Source: Clostridia bacterium (GTDB lineage Bacteria > Bacillota > Clostridia > Oscillospirales > CAG-272). Taken from it: a stretch of DNA of 64,000 nt. Where the stretch lies: positions 79,961 through 143,960 of the forward strand of contig JAGASS010000016.1 of NCBI GenBank assembly GCA_017621655.1, given 5' to 3'. The translations under genes were made by a program, and so were the position numbers. The notes under the pieces are model-generated. The model worked only from the letters and a program-made list of their open reading frames with translations, did not search any database and had not been told where the DNA came from. Below, in pieces: positions 55,275-64,000 of this stretch; position 1 is the first letter of the stretch; each line of letters starts with the position of its first letter.

Positions 55275-56165
55275 ATGAAAAAATTCAGTCGCATTTTTGC
55301 AGCAGCCCTTATGTTTATGATCCTGGTTACCGGTTTGGTTTCCTCATTCGGCGTTTCAGCAGCAACCGCTTCTTATCAGTGTGATCTCGATGTCGGAAAT
55401 ATAAAGAGCGGACAGTTTGAGTTCATGGCTTATGATATTGCCAATCAGATGTTCTATGAGCTTGAATCTACCTCGAAGGCAACCTGGAGTCCCGATTGGC
55501 CCGGTCACTTTGTCCCCGGCAAGGAAATATATACTGTTAGTAAGAGTGAGATACCCGAGGCAAAATTGGACCTTATGTGTGACCCCGCAAATAACTGGGG
55601 TGCCGCAGTAGTCTTTACTGCACCTGCTGCCGGCAAGTATAATATCGTTGTAAACCTTAATAAGTACTCGGGCATCGATGCAAACGGTAAGGTTTGCTAT
55701 GTTGACGTTGTGCTCGTTAAGGGCGGAGACGGCTCTATTCTTCGCGAAGAGAAAAAGCTTGAGTACGGTACGCTTGATTGGAAGAAGCTTAACGTTCAGC
55801 TCGCGGCAAATGAAAAGGTATACATACTCGTAACCGGGAATGCTGAGTCTACGAAGTCGTCCTCGCAGAACGTGGCTCTCAACATGTTCCTTGTAAACGA
55901 GGCACCTCAGCAGTCTACTAAGCCCAATACTACAGATCCCGATACTACAGATCCCGATACTACAGATCCTGATACTACCACTCCCGATACCACTAAGCCG
56001 GGTGTGACCGAGCCTGATCCTGACAACAATAGCGGCAATAAGGGCGATAACGGCGATTCCTCCGGCGTTAATCCTATTGTTATCGTTGCGATAGTAGGTG
56101 GCGTGCTTGTTCTTGCAACTGTAATAGTTGTGGTTGTACTTAACGCAAAGAAAAAGAAGAATTAA
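55275..56165 (+). CDS. Membrane-anchored surface protein with beta-sandwich-like domain and Thr/Asp/Pro stalk
   Basis: Signal peptide, FTAPAAGKY-containing beta domain, TTDPD repeats, C-terminal TM plus KKKKN; GGAGG RBS. Confidence 0.8.
   Translation: MKKFSRIFAAALMFMILVTGLVSSFGVSAATASYQCDLDVGNIKSGQFEFMAYDIANQMFYELESTSKATWSPDWPGHFVPGKEIYTVSKSEIPEAKLDLMCDPANNWGAAVVFTAPAAGKYNIVVNLNKYSGIDANGKVCYVDVVLVKGGDGSILREEKKLEYGTLDWKKLNVQLAANEKVYILVTGNAESTKSSSQNVALNMFLVNEAPQQSTKPNTTDPDTTDPDTTDPDTTTPDTTKPGVTEPDPDNNSGNKGDNGDSSGVNPIVIVAIVGGVLVLATVIVVVVLNAKKKKN
55929..55988 (+). repeat. In-frame 15-bp tandem repeat encoding TTDPD
   Basis: ACTACAGATCCCGAT x2, ACTACAGATCCTGAT, ACTACCACTCCCGAT. Confidence 0.9.
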
Positions 56166-56178
56166 TATATCGTAATAA

Positions 56179-56208
56179 CAAAAACGCTCCGTAACGGGGC
56201 GTTTTTGT
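56179..56208 (+). terminator. Intrinsic terminator
   Basis: CAAAAACGCTCCG-taa-CGGGGCGTTTTTG. Confidence 0.8.
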
Positions 56209-56233
56209 TCCATATTAAAAGAAAAGTGGAATT

Positions 56234-56905
56234 ATGTACACAAATAAGAAAACAAAAGATCTGTTGATTTCCCATTATAGAAAATATCCCGAGCTTAAAA
56301 TACAGGATCTGTTCAAATTCATTTTTCACAGCTCATTCGGATGCGATCATCTCGTGTCGTCATTTGATAACGCGATTTTGTATATTGAAAATGAGTATGA
56401 AGGCGTATCAAAAACGGACAAACCGTTGATCGAAGAGCTGGACGGCGACTATGTAAGAGTACATCTTTCATATTTGAACGTCGGACTTAAAGCGAAGACC
56501 CTTGGAAAGCTTTTTTGCCTGTCTGCAAAAAAAGAGGACGGCTTATCTAAGCTGAAGGAAAAGCTTGAGGTCGCAAGAACACTTATTACTGACGGAGAGA
56601 TAAAGCTTGACGTTAATGAATTCGACGAAGCGATGTTGGAGTGGGAGAAATGCGGATATTCGGCAGTCAGACACTCAGATGCGTTCAGGGAAAAATATTC
56701 CCCTGCATACAGGGTAATAGCAAAAAAATATGCGCGCTATTTACCTGTTTTTGCTCAGATTGACAGAGAAATCAGTGATGGGAAAGTCAAGCTATCGGTT
56801 TCGGAATATGACGCAGTAGAGCTTTCTGACGTTATAAAAGCCGTGTACGGCGGCTCTGTTTTGGTAGTTGATGACGCGATGTATGTTTTTCCGTCAGAAA
56901 TCTAA
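56234..56905 (+). CDS. Hypothetical protein, paralogous to the N-terminal domain of 26565-27392
   Basis: HYRKYPEL..QDLFK..FGCDHL, YVRVHL, HSDAFREKYSPAYRVI. Confidence 0.75.
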   Translation: MYTNKKTKDLLISHYRKYPELKIQDLFKFIFHSSFGCDHLVSSFDNAILYIENEYEGVSKTDKPLIEELDGDYVRVHLSYLNVGLKAKTLGKLFCLSAKKEDGLSKLKEKLEVARTLITDGEIKLDVNEFDEAMLEWEKCGYSAVRHSDAFREKYSPAYRVIAKKYARYLPVFAQIDREISDGKVKLSVSEYDAVELSDVIKAVYGGSVLVVDDAMYVFPSEI

Positions 56906-56914
56906 GATAATATA

Positions 56915-56949
56915 AAAAATAAAAACGCCCCATGGGGCGTTTTTATTTT
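56915..56949. terminator. Bidirectional terminator (palindrome)
   Basis: AAAATAAAAACGCCCCATGGGGCGTTTTTATTTT between convergent genes. Confidence 0.85.
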
Positions 56950-57574
56950 AAAATTCAATATCGTCTGCCTGACCCGTTGCGACCATGACCCACATCATGG
57001 TGATCTCGTCGTTTACCTGATCGATAGACTCGGGAAAATTCATCCAGTTATCCTTGCCGTGACGGTCGGTAGGGCAGGGGTAAAGGTGCTTTTTAATGTT
57101 CTTCGGCATATAAAGGTCAGCGATCATCTTGCTTCTGCGCAGGTGCAGCGGCGAGCTGACGATAAATACGTCACAAGTTGTACCGTTCCCGTAATAGCGG
57201 TTGATCTCAAGCTGCGAGCATATCATATTTTCTATTGTCGTCGTGGCGTTGTTTTCGAGAATTATATCTTCTTTTTTTACGCCAAGCTTTATCATCTCCT
57301 CAGCCATATACTCGGCTTCTGTTATGCGTTTCTCGGGAAGAAGATCGGCAATCACGCTACCTGTCGGCATGAGCTTATCGATTCTGCCGCTTTTGTAAAG
57401 CTCAACGGCACCGTTGATCCTTTCTTCCATATACGGAACGTATGAGCATCCGAGAACGATTCCGACGGGCGCTTTTCCGCCGTCATCGTCATAAACGGTA
57501 TCGAAAAGCAGGCGAGTCTTTTCTTCAACGCTTAGATTTTTGAGGTCTTCCTTTTTGAATTGAGACAGTAGCAT
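56948..57574 (-). CDS. YdcF/DUF218 (SanA/ElyC-like) family protein
   Basis: IVLG, ERINGAVELY, TEAEYM, ENNATTTIEN, SSPLHLRRS motifs; AGAGGA RBS. Confidence 0.88.
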   Translation of the reverse strand: MLLSQFKKEDLKNLSVEEKTRLLFDTVYDDDGGKAPVGIVLGCSYVPYMEERINGAVELYKSGRIDKLMPTGSVIADLLPEKRITEAEYMAEEMIKLGVKKEDIILENNATTTIENMICSQLEINRYYGNGTTCDVFIVSSPLHLRRSKMIADLYMPKNIKKHLYPCPTDRHGKDNWMNFPESIDQVNDEITMMWVMVATGQADDIEF

Positions 57575-57658
57575 TTTACATCCTCTGTAAAAGTGTGACA
57601 CAATAATATTAACACGGTAAAAATCCATTGTCAATACAGATCAAAGGGTAACAAGCAA

Positions 57659-57688
57659 TAAAAAACCGACAGGCAATGCCTGTCGGTA
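57659..57688 (-). terminator. Terminator downstream of tRNA-Leu
   Basis: ACCGACAGGCA-TGCCTGTCGGT stem with U-tract on minus strand. Confidence 0.85.
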
Positions 57689-57773
57689 TGGTGCGGGAAA
57701 CGGGACTTGAACCCGTACAGTGTGAACTACACGCCCCTCAAACGTGCGCGTCTGCCAGTTCCGCCACTCCCGC
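57689..57773 (-). tRNA. tRNA-Leu (anticodon GAG)
   Basis: Minus strand GCGGGAGTGGCGGAACTGGCAGACGCGCACGTTTGAGGGGCGTG..GGGTTCAAGTCCC..TTCCCGCACCA; long variable arm, encoded CCA. Confidence 0.96.
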
Positions 57774-57807
57774 GTATTTTGTATTCCGCATCCGCAGAAC
57801 ATGATAG

Positions 57808-57836
57808 ATTATATCACTACTTTTGCACTTTGTCAA
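57808..57836 (-). promoter_or_regulatory. Consensus sigma-A promoter of tRNA-Leu
   Basis: TTGACA-17-TATAAT on minus strand with AT-rich upstream tract. Confidence 0.88.
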
Positions 57837-57899
57837 TACCTAATTTCAAATTTTTTTAAAAAATTTCTCCTTGCCGATTTTCTCGGCAAGGAGAAGGGA

Positions 57900-59252
57900 T
57901 TATTCACAAATTACAGTCGTTTTTTCAAAAGACAAAATTGCGTTTTTGACCGCGCATACTGCGTCGGAGAAGGGAAGCGTGTTCTGCTCACCGGTCTTCA
58001 TGTTCTTGACGGTTGCGCTTCCGTTTGCGATCTCGTCTTCACCGAGGAATACCGCGTAGGGAATATTAAGCTTGTCTGCGTAACCGATCTTTGCCTTGAA
58101 CTTCTTTTTCTCGGTATAGATCTGCGCACGAACACCGTTTTCACGGAATTCGGTAGCGAGCTTAACGGCAGGAGCCATATCGTCTGTCATCGGAATGATA
58201 AGCACGTCGCTAACAGATGCGGGGTATTCGGGGTTAAGCAGGTTTCTGTCGCCAAGCACGAAGAACAGACGCGTAAGTCCTATCGAAATTCCTACACCAG
58301 GAAGCTTTCTGTCGGTATAATACTCAGCAAGGTTGTCGTAGCGTCCGCCTGAGCAAACCGAACCGATCTCGGGATGATCGAGCATAACCGTCTCATAAAC
58401 TGTACCGGTATAATAGTCAAGACCGCGAGCGATCGTGAGGTCGACGGTAAAGAAGTCATCGGGAACGCCGAAACCGCGCATATTGGTAACGACCGTTTCA
58501 AGCTCGGACGCACCGAGGTCGAAAAGCTCGTTCTGTCCCTTATATTTGTTGAGAGACTCAATAACTGCCGCACTGTCGCCGGTCGTACCGATAAACTCGA
58601 TTATTTTAGCGGCATTCTCGTTGCTTACTCCCATCTCAAGAAGCATAGCTGTGACCTTTTCTGCGCCGATCTTTTCGAGCTTGTCGATGGTGCGCATGAT
58701 CTCGGGTGCGATCTCCGAAAGACCCAGAATGGCAAAGAAGCCGTTAAGAATCTTACGGTTGTTTATACGGATCCTGAAACGGCGCAAGCCGAGCTTAGTG
58801 AATGCACGGTAGATGATGGACGGAATTTCCGCTTCGTTCATTATATCGAGCTTTTCGTCGCCGATTATATCAATATCCGCCTGATAGAATTCGCGGAAAC
58901 GTCCTCTCTGCGCTCTTTCGCCACGGTAGACCTTTCCGATCTGATAACGGCGGAAGGGGAAGGTAAGCTCTGCGGAATGCTGTGCAACGTATCTTGCAAG
59001 CGGCACTGTAAGGTCGAAGCGAAGAGAAAGGTCGCTGTCTCCCTTGGTGAAGCGATATATCTGCTTTTCGGTTTCACCGCCGCCTTTTGCAAGAAGAACG
59101 TCCGATGCCTCGATAAGAGGCGTATCAAGAGGCGAGAAGCCGTATAGCGAATAGGTTTCTTTTAAAATGCTTACCATCTCTTCAAAAAGCATCTGTTCCT
59201 TGGGTAGAAGCTCCATGAAGCCGGATAGCGTGCGAGGTTTGATCTTTTCCAT
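57900..59252 (-). CDS. hisS: Histidine--tRNA ligase
   Basis: LRFDLTVP, YRGERAQRGRFREFYQ.DID, ARGLDYYTG, GGRYDNL; start at ATG 59252 after GGAGA. Confidence 0.97.
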   Translation of the reverse strand: MEKIKPRTLSGFMELLPKEQMLFEEMVSILKETYSLYGFSPLDTPLIEASDVLLAKGGGETEKQIYRFTKGDSDLSLRFDLTVPLARYVAQHSAELTFPFRRYQIGKVYRGERAQRGRFREFYQADIDIIGDEKLDIMNEAEIPSIIYRAFTKLGLRRFRIRINNRKILNGFFAILGLSEIAPEIMRTIDKLEKIGAEKVTAMLLEMGVSNENAAKIIEFIGTTGDSAAVIESLNKYKGQNELFDLGASELETVVTNMRGFGVPDDFFTVDLTIARGLDYYTGTVYETVMLDHPEIGSVCSGGRYDNLAEYYTDRKLPGVGISIGLTRLFFVLGDRNLLNPEYPASVSDVLIIPMTDDMAPAVKLATEFRENGVRAQIYTEKKKFKAKIGYADKLNIPYAVFLGEDEIANGSATVKNMKTGEQNTLPFSDAVCAVKNAILSFEKTTVICE

Positions 59253-59279
59253 AGTTTTCTCCGTAATTATGATGCCAAC

Positions 59280-59387
59280 AGTATAACACACTAAAGCGCC
59301 AATGTCAATAAACGTACAACTTTTTTGATAAAACTTCAAAATATATTCTCAATTATACTTGAAAAAATAATTAAAGTGTGTTACAAT
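59280..59387. promoter_or_regulatory. Divergent sigma-A promoters for hisS and cmk
   Basis: Minus TTGACA-17-TATACT (59308-59280); plus TTGAAA-17-TACAAT with TG (59359-59387). Confidence 0.75.
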
Positions 59388-59428
59388 AATACGGATGTGT
59401 GACCAAAACAGTTTGATCGGAGAATGTG

Positions 59429-60097
59429 ATGATAAATATAGCAGTTGACGGCCCTGCGGGTGCAGGAAAAAGCTATCTTGCAAAGGAAATAGCGCGCAGA
59501 CTCGGATATATTTACGTTGATACGGGCGCACTTTACCGCGCCGTTGCGTATTGCGTTACCGAAAAGGGAATTGACCCCTCTGACAGCGAAGCCGTTATCA
59601 AGCTTCTTCCGTCGGTTGACGTGTCACTTAGCTACGCTGAGGACGGCACGCAGCACGTTTATCTCTCGGGCAAGGACGTGAGCGCCGAGATACGAATGCC
59701 GAATATTTCTATGGCGGCGTCGGTGGTTTCCGCGATTCCGGAGGTCAGAGCATTCCTTCTCGATCTTCAGAGAAATATGGCTAAGACGAATAACGTCGTA
59801 ATGGACGGACGCGATATCGGAACTGTTATCCTTCCGAATGCAGACGTTAAGATCTTCCTTTGCGCAAACGAAAAAGCACGTGCAAAGCGCCGCTATCTCG
59901 AGCTTACCGCAAAGGGCGTTGAAACGACGCTTGAGGCGGTCGAAAGCGAAATGTTTACCCGCGATAAAAACGATTCCACGCGCAAGGTCGCGCCTGCTGT
60001 TGCGGCGCTTGACGCTGTTATTCTCGATAATTCTGAGCTCGATAGAGAAGGAACCGTCGAGGCGGCTCTTGCGATAATCAGGAGCAAGATATCATGA
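59429..60097 (+). CDS. cmk: Cytidylate kinase
   Basis: IAVDGPAGAGKS, DTGALYRA, VMDGRDIGTV, RDKNDSTR. Confidence 0.96.
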   Translation: MINIAVDGPAGAGKSYLAKEIARRLGYIYVDTGALYRAVAYCVTEKGIDPSDSEAVIKLLPSVDVSLSYAEDGTQHVYLSGKDVSAEIRMPNISMAASVVSAIPEVRAFLLDLQRNMAKTNNVVMDGRDIGTVILPNADVKIFLCANEKARAKRRYLELTAKGVETTLEAVESEMFTRDKNDSTRKVAPAVAALDAVILDNSELDREGTVEAALAIIRSKIS

Positions 60098-60693
60098 GCT
60101 TTTATTCTAAGGCAAAATTCCTTCTCGCAGGTCTTATCCGTAAGCTCTGGAGAGTTCAGGTTATAGGCAAAGAAAACGAGCGTCCCGAAAAGACTTACGT
60201 TATCTGCGCTAACCACATGTCAATGGTCGATCCTATCGTTATCGGTGCGGCCATCAAGCATAATCCGAAATATATGGCTAAGGCAGAGCTGATGCGTATA
60301 CCGCTTCTGAGTTTGCTTTTCAAGGCGCTCGGCGCATACTCGGTCGACAGAAAAGGTTCAGACGTAGCCGCAATTAAAAAGACGATAAATATGCTTAAGG
60401 AAGGCGAATCCATTATGATGTTCCCGCAGGGAACCCGTCATAAGGGAGTTGACCCTAAGACTACGAAGGTCAAATTCGGCTGCTCGATGATCGCGCATAA
60501 GGCGGAGGTCGGCGTATTGCCGATATATATCAAGGTCAAAAATCACAAGGTCAAGCTCTTTCGCAAGACCGTAATAATAATAGGCAAAGAGATCACGTTC
60601 GACGAGCTTATGGCGATCTCCGGCGGCGATGATCATAAAAAGTCTGCCGAATACATCTTCTCGAAGATCACAGAGCTTGGTGACGAAGCATGA
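60094..60693 (+). CDS. plsC: 1-acyl-sn-glycerol-3-phosphate acyltransferase
   Basis: NHMSMVD (HxxxxD), MAKAEL, FPQGTR. Confidence 0.92.
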   Translation: MSFYSKAKFLLAGLIRKLWRVQVIGKENERPEKTYVICANHMSMVDPIVIGAAIKHNPKYMAKAELMRIPLLSLLFKALGAYSVDRKGSDVAAIKKTINMLKEGESIMMFPQGTRHKGVDPKTTKVKFGCSMIAHKAEVGVLPIYIKVKNHKVKLFRKTVIIIGKEITFDELMAISGGDDHKKSAEYIFSKITELGDEA

Positions 60694-62693
60694 AGATCAC
60701 CGTAGCTGAGAGCGCGGGATTTTGCTTTGGAGTTTCAAGAGCAGTTGAGAAGGTATATGAGCTGACTCGCGATCCCAAGAACGGCAAGATATATACGGTC
60801 GGCGCGCTTATACATAATAAGCATATCGTAAACGAGCTTGAAGAACGCGGAGTTTCGGTTATAGACGAAACGGATTTCGATAGGATCTTTTCTCAAACGA
60901 CCGAAAATGATCCCTGTACCGTCGTTATAAGAACTCACGGCGCTACCAAGGAGATAACCGATAAGCTTTTATCGCTTGAAAAGCAGAATCCTTTTTTCAA
61001 GGTCTGTGATATGACCTGTCCATACGTTAAGAAGATACATAAAATAGTATCGGAAAATACATACGACCGCCTCGTCGTCTTCGGAGACGAAGCACATCCC
61101 GAGGTGAAGGGAATAGTCAGCTACGCAAACAGCGAAGCCGTCGTTATTTCCTCCCCCGAGGACGCGGAAAAACTCGAAATAGGGTCTTTTTCAACAATTG
61201 CGGTTGCGCAAACGACACAAAATACCGACAAATGGAAAAAAACTCAAAAAATTCTTAAAAAGGTATGTACAAATCCGATAATATTTGATACAATATGCAG
61301 TGTTACCGAGAAAAGGCAGACTGAGGCAGGCGAGCTTGCCAAGGTATCCGATCTTATGCTGATAGTCGGTGGCAGAAACAGCTCTAACACAAATAAGCTT
61401 TACGAAACAGCGAAGAAGGAGCTTCCTAATACCTTCTTCATCGAAAGCCCGTCAGAGCTTGATTTAATTCAGTTTTCACCCTTCTCAAAGGTGGGAATAA
61501 CCGCAGGGGCGTCAACACCCGGCGGGATAATACAGGAGGTTATAAAACACATGAGCGAAATTGAGACCAAAAACACAGTGGCGGAGGAATCCGCAAGCGA
61601 GAACTTTGCAGAAATGCTTGAAAGCTCGCTGAAAACTTTAAATACAGGAGAAACGGTAACGGGTGTTATTACATCTGTATCTTCCGGAGAGCTTCACGTC
61701 GATCTCGGCGCAAAGTTTACCGGCATAATCGCATACGACGAAGTAACAGACGATCCTACCCTTAAGCTCACCGAAGCGTTCAAGCCCGGTGACGAGATCA
61801 AGGCAGTCGTTATCAAGGTAAGCGACCGCGACGGCGTTGCTACTCTCTCTAAGAAGAGAATAGACAATAAGCTTCGCTTCAGTAAGATCCTCGACGCTTA
61901 CAACGAAGGCACCGTTATCGAAGGTACCGTATGCGAAGTTATCAAGGGCGGCGTTCTTCTTAACTACGACGGAAACCGTATCTTCGTTCCCGCATCGCAG
62001 ACCGGAACCCCCAAGGACTTCGACCTTAATGAGCTTGTCGGCACTGTACAGCAGGCAAAGATCATCGAAGTAAGAGAGGACAGAAAGCGCGCTGTTGCTT
62101 CTATCCGCAAGGCAAAGAACGAGGCAAGAAAGCAGCTTGAAGCTGACTTCTGGGCAAACGTTGAGGTTGGTAAGCAGTACGAGGGCGAAGTTAAGTCTAT
62201 CACATCTTACGGCGCATTCGTAGATCTCGGCGGCGTTGACGGTATGGTACATAGAACCGAGCTTTCCTGGACCAGAATCAAGAGCCCTGCTGACGTAGTA
62301 TCCGTTGGTCAGGTGATCAAGGTATTCGTTAAGGAGTTCGACGCTGAAGCAAAGCGTATCTCTCTCGGCTACAAGACCGAGGAGACCAATCCTTGGAACG
62401 TATTTACCTCTAAGTACTCCGTAGGCGACGTTGCTGAGGTTAAGATCGTTAGTCTTATGCCCTTCGGCGCATTCGCTGAGGTAGTTCCCGGAGTTGATGG
62501 ACTTATCCACATCTATCAGATCACCGATAAGAAGATTGCTGCTCCTTCCGACGTTCTTAGTGTTGGCGACGTAGTTAACGCAGAGATCACTGCAGTTGAT
62601 ACCGAGAATCACAAGATCAGTCTCTCGATGCGCACTCTTCTTGAGGCAACCGAAGCTCCCGCTGAGGAGACAGAGGCACCCGTCGAGGAGTAA
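60690..62693 (+). CDS. ispH-rpsA: Fused HMBPP reductase IspH / ribosomal protein S1
   Basis: GFCFGV, TCPYV, HPEV, TICSVT, SSNT, TAGASTP followed by four S1 repeats (YGAFVDLGGVDG, FGAFAEVVPGVDG). Confidence 0.95.
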   Translation: MKITVAESAGFCFGVSRAVEKVYELTRDPKNGKIYTVGALIHNKHIVNELEERGVSVIDETDFDRIFSQTTENDPCTVVIRTHGATKEITDKLLSLEKQNPFFKVCDMTCPYVKKIHKIVSENTYDRLVVFGDEAHPEVKGIVSYANSEAVVISSPEDAEKLEIGSFSTIAVAQTTQNTDKWKKTQKILKKVCTNPIIFDTICSVTEKRQTEAGELAKVSDLMLIVGGRNSSNTNKLYETAKKELPNTFFIESPSELDLIQFSPFSKVGITAGASTPGGIIQEVIKHMSEIETKNTVAEESASENFAEMLESSLKTLNTGETVTGVITSVSSGELHVDLGAKFTGIIAYDEVTDDPTLKLTEAFKPGDEIKAVVIKVSDRDGVATLSKKRIDNKLRFSKILDAYNEGTVIEGTVCEVIKGGVLLNYDGNRIFVPASQTGTPKDFDLNELVGTVQQAKIIEVREDRKRAVASIRKAKNEARKQLEADFWANVEVGKQYEGEVKSITSYGAFVDLGGVDGMVHRTELSWTRIKSPADVVSVGQVIKVFVKEFDAEAKRISLGYKTEETNPWNVFTSKYSVGDVAEVKIVSLMPFGAFAEVVPGVDGLIHIYQITDKKIAAPSDVLSVGDVVNAEITAVDTENHKISLSMRTLLEATEAPAEETEAPVEE

Positions 62694-62706
62694 TCAAAAT
62701 CGACAT

Positions 62707-62740
62707 ATACCCCCGAGGAAGCTATCCTCGGGGGTATTTA
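62707..62740 (+). terminator. Intrinsic terminator
   Basis: ATACCCCCGAGGA-agcta-TCCTCGGGGGTAT followed by T-rich bases. Confidence 0.85.
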
Positions 62741-62824
62741 TCTTAATAGTACATAAATTATGCCGATTTTTGTTCATTTGTTATATACGTTTCGTTTTTA
62801 TTTACAAAAAACGCGACAAAAAAC

Positions 62825-62853
62825 TTGACAAATATGCAAAATTATTGTATTAT
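62825..62853 (+). promoter_or_regulatory. Sigma-A promoter upstream of rsmE
   Basis: TTGACA-17-TATTAT. Confidence 0.65.
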
Positions 62854-62922
62854 ATTATATAAGAATTATCGTATTATACGGTATAGACCTAAATGATGTC
62901 GGATACGGGTGGCTTTTCGTTT

Positions 62923-63654
62923 ATGCAGAGATTTTTTGTTGACTCAAGCGCGTATAGCGGAAATACTGTTACAATAAGCGGAAAAGATGCCTATCATATC
63001 TCTCGCTCGCTTCGTATGAAAAAAGGCGAGGAAATATCCGTGTGTCTGCCAGACGGAACGTTGCTTCACTGTGAGCTTGTTTCCTTTTCGGATGATGAGG
63101 TCATGGCGGAGGTCGTGTCGGTGGGGAAGTGTCTTTCGGAATCGCCCGTTAAGATACGTGTTTATATCGCGCTTCCGAAGGGTGATAAGTTCGATACCGT
63201 CGTTCAGAAGGCAGTCGAATGCGGAGCATATTCCGTTACGCCGTTTATGAGCGAAAGATGTATCGCTAAGGCGGGCGACGGCTTCGAGCGCAAGCTTGAG
63301 CGCCTTAACCGTATCGCATACGAGGCGGCTAAGCAGTGCGGAAGAGGAATCGTTCCGACTGTTACGCCTATTCTTACTTACGAGCAGATGCTTGATGAAG
63401 CCATGAAAGCCGATCTTCCGCTTTTCTGCTACGAGGCAGACGGGACGCTTCCTCTCGGAAAGCTTCTTAGAAAAGACGTAAGCGAAGTATCAGTAATCGT
63501 TGGCTCCGAGGGCGGATTTTCCGAAAAGGAAGCCGCGCTCGCAAAAGATAAGGGCTTGCTTCTTACGGGACTCGGACCTCGCATACTTCGTTGCGAGACC
63601 GCGCCGACGTTCGTTCTGTCGTGTCTGTCGCTCTATTATGAGCTTGGCATATAA
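62923..63654 (+). CDS. rsmE: 16S rRNA (uracil-1498-N3)-methyltransferase
   Basis: HISRSLRM, QKAVECG, EAAKQCGR, VGSEGGFS, LGPRILRCETA; start at MQRFF assumed. Confidence 0.95.
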   Translation: MQRFFVDSSAYSGNTVTISGKDAYHISRSLRMKKGEEISVCLPDGTLLHCELVSFSDDEVMAEVVSVGKCLSESPVKIRVYIALPKGDKFDTVVQKAVECGAYSVTPFMSERCIAKAGDGFERKLERLNRIAYEAAKQCGRGIVPTVTPILTYEQMLDEAMKADLPLFCYEADGTLPLGKLLRKDVSEVSVIVGSEGGFSEKEAALAKDKGLLLTGLGPRILRCETAPTFVLSCLSLYYELGI

Positions 63655-63689
63655 ATTATTTCTATTTAACTAATTTTGGAGGGCAAAAT

Positions 63690-64000
63690 ATGTCTAACCG
63701 CTTGTTTCAGGGAATAATTCATCAGATGAAGGATGCTGTTGACCGAGTTATCGGTGTCATCGATAGCAACGGGATCATCATCTCCTGCAGTGACTTAACG
63801 AAGATCGGAGGTATTCGTCAGGGAATTCGCGACGAGCTTTCTTATACCTCGGATACCGTTATGACAGGCGGATATACCTACCGTCCTCTCGATACCGGTG
63901 TAAGAGCTGAATTCGTTGTATTCGTTGAGGGTGAGGACAAGCAGGCAGAGCGCCTTGCCTCTATTCTCGCTGTATCTCTGAGCAGCGTAAAGAGTCTTTA
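63690..64000 (+). CDS. CdaR/PucR family transcriptional regulator (3'-truncated by window edge)
   Basis: Own translation MSNRLFQGIIHQMKDAVDRVIGVIDSNGIIISCSDLTKIG.. resembles the sugar-diacid recognition N-terminus; GGAGG RBS; open to window end. Confidence 0.75.
   Translation, partial: MSNRLFQGIIHQMKDAVDRVIGVIDSNGIIISCSDLTKIGGIRQGIRDELSYTSDTVMTGGYTYRPLDTGVRAEFVVFVEGEDKQAERLASILAVSLSSVKSL

Noticed and set aside
50409-57773. Accessory genes downstream of tRNA-Leu considered as an integrated island
   Set aside because: No integrase, no duplicated tRNA 3' end seen, and the tRNA keeps its own terminator.
57744-57899. ORF 57744-58352 spanning the tRNA promoter
   Set aside because: Overlaps the tRNA and hisS antisense; no coding signal.

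Overview
A 64-kb, mostly housekeeping chromosomal segment of a Bacillota bacterium of the class Clostridia (inferred from ECF transporter, ClpE-like ATPase, SpoIID/LytB, ispH-rpsA fusion, nusB-xseAB-ispA-tlyA-nadK-argR-recN cluster and consensus sigma-A promoters). It holds about 56 CDS, one tRNA-Leu(GAG), many intrinsic terminators, a small cluster of REP-like palindromes and two in-gene 15-bp minisatellites. I see no CRISPR array, integrase, transposase or prophage. The most striking observation is a full-length, uninterrupted 930-aa P-type (P2-like) ATPase homologue (9247-12039) in which every catalytic signature, including the phosphorylated aspartate (DKTGT to PKEGA), is replaced while the scaffold is kept: a candidate pseudo-P-type ATPase. 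Other leads: a paralogous pair of uncharacterised proteins with a degenerate or absent kinase domain, an extended ECF sigma factor with an apparent region-2 deletion, an internal promoter plus RBS inside the ispH-rpsA fusion, G1P and G3P dehydrogenases in one gene run, and an accessory block of surface proteins near the tRNA. All calls come from motif recognition by eye; no database searches were run.
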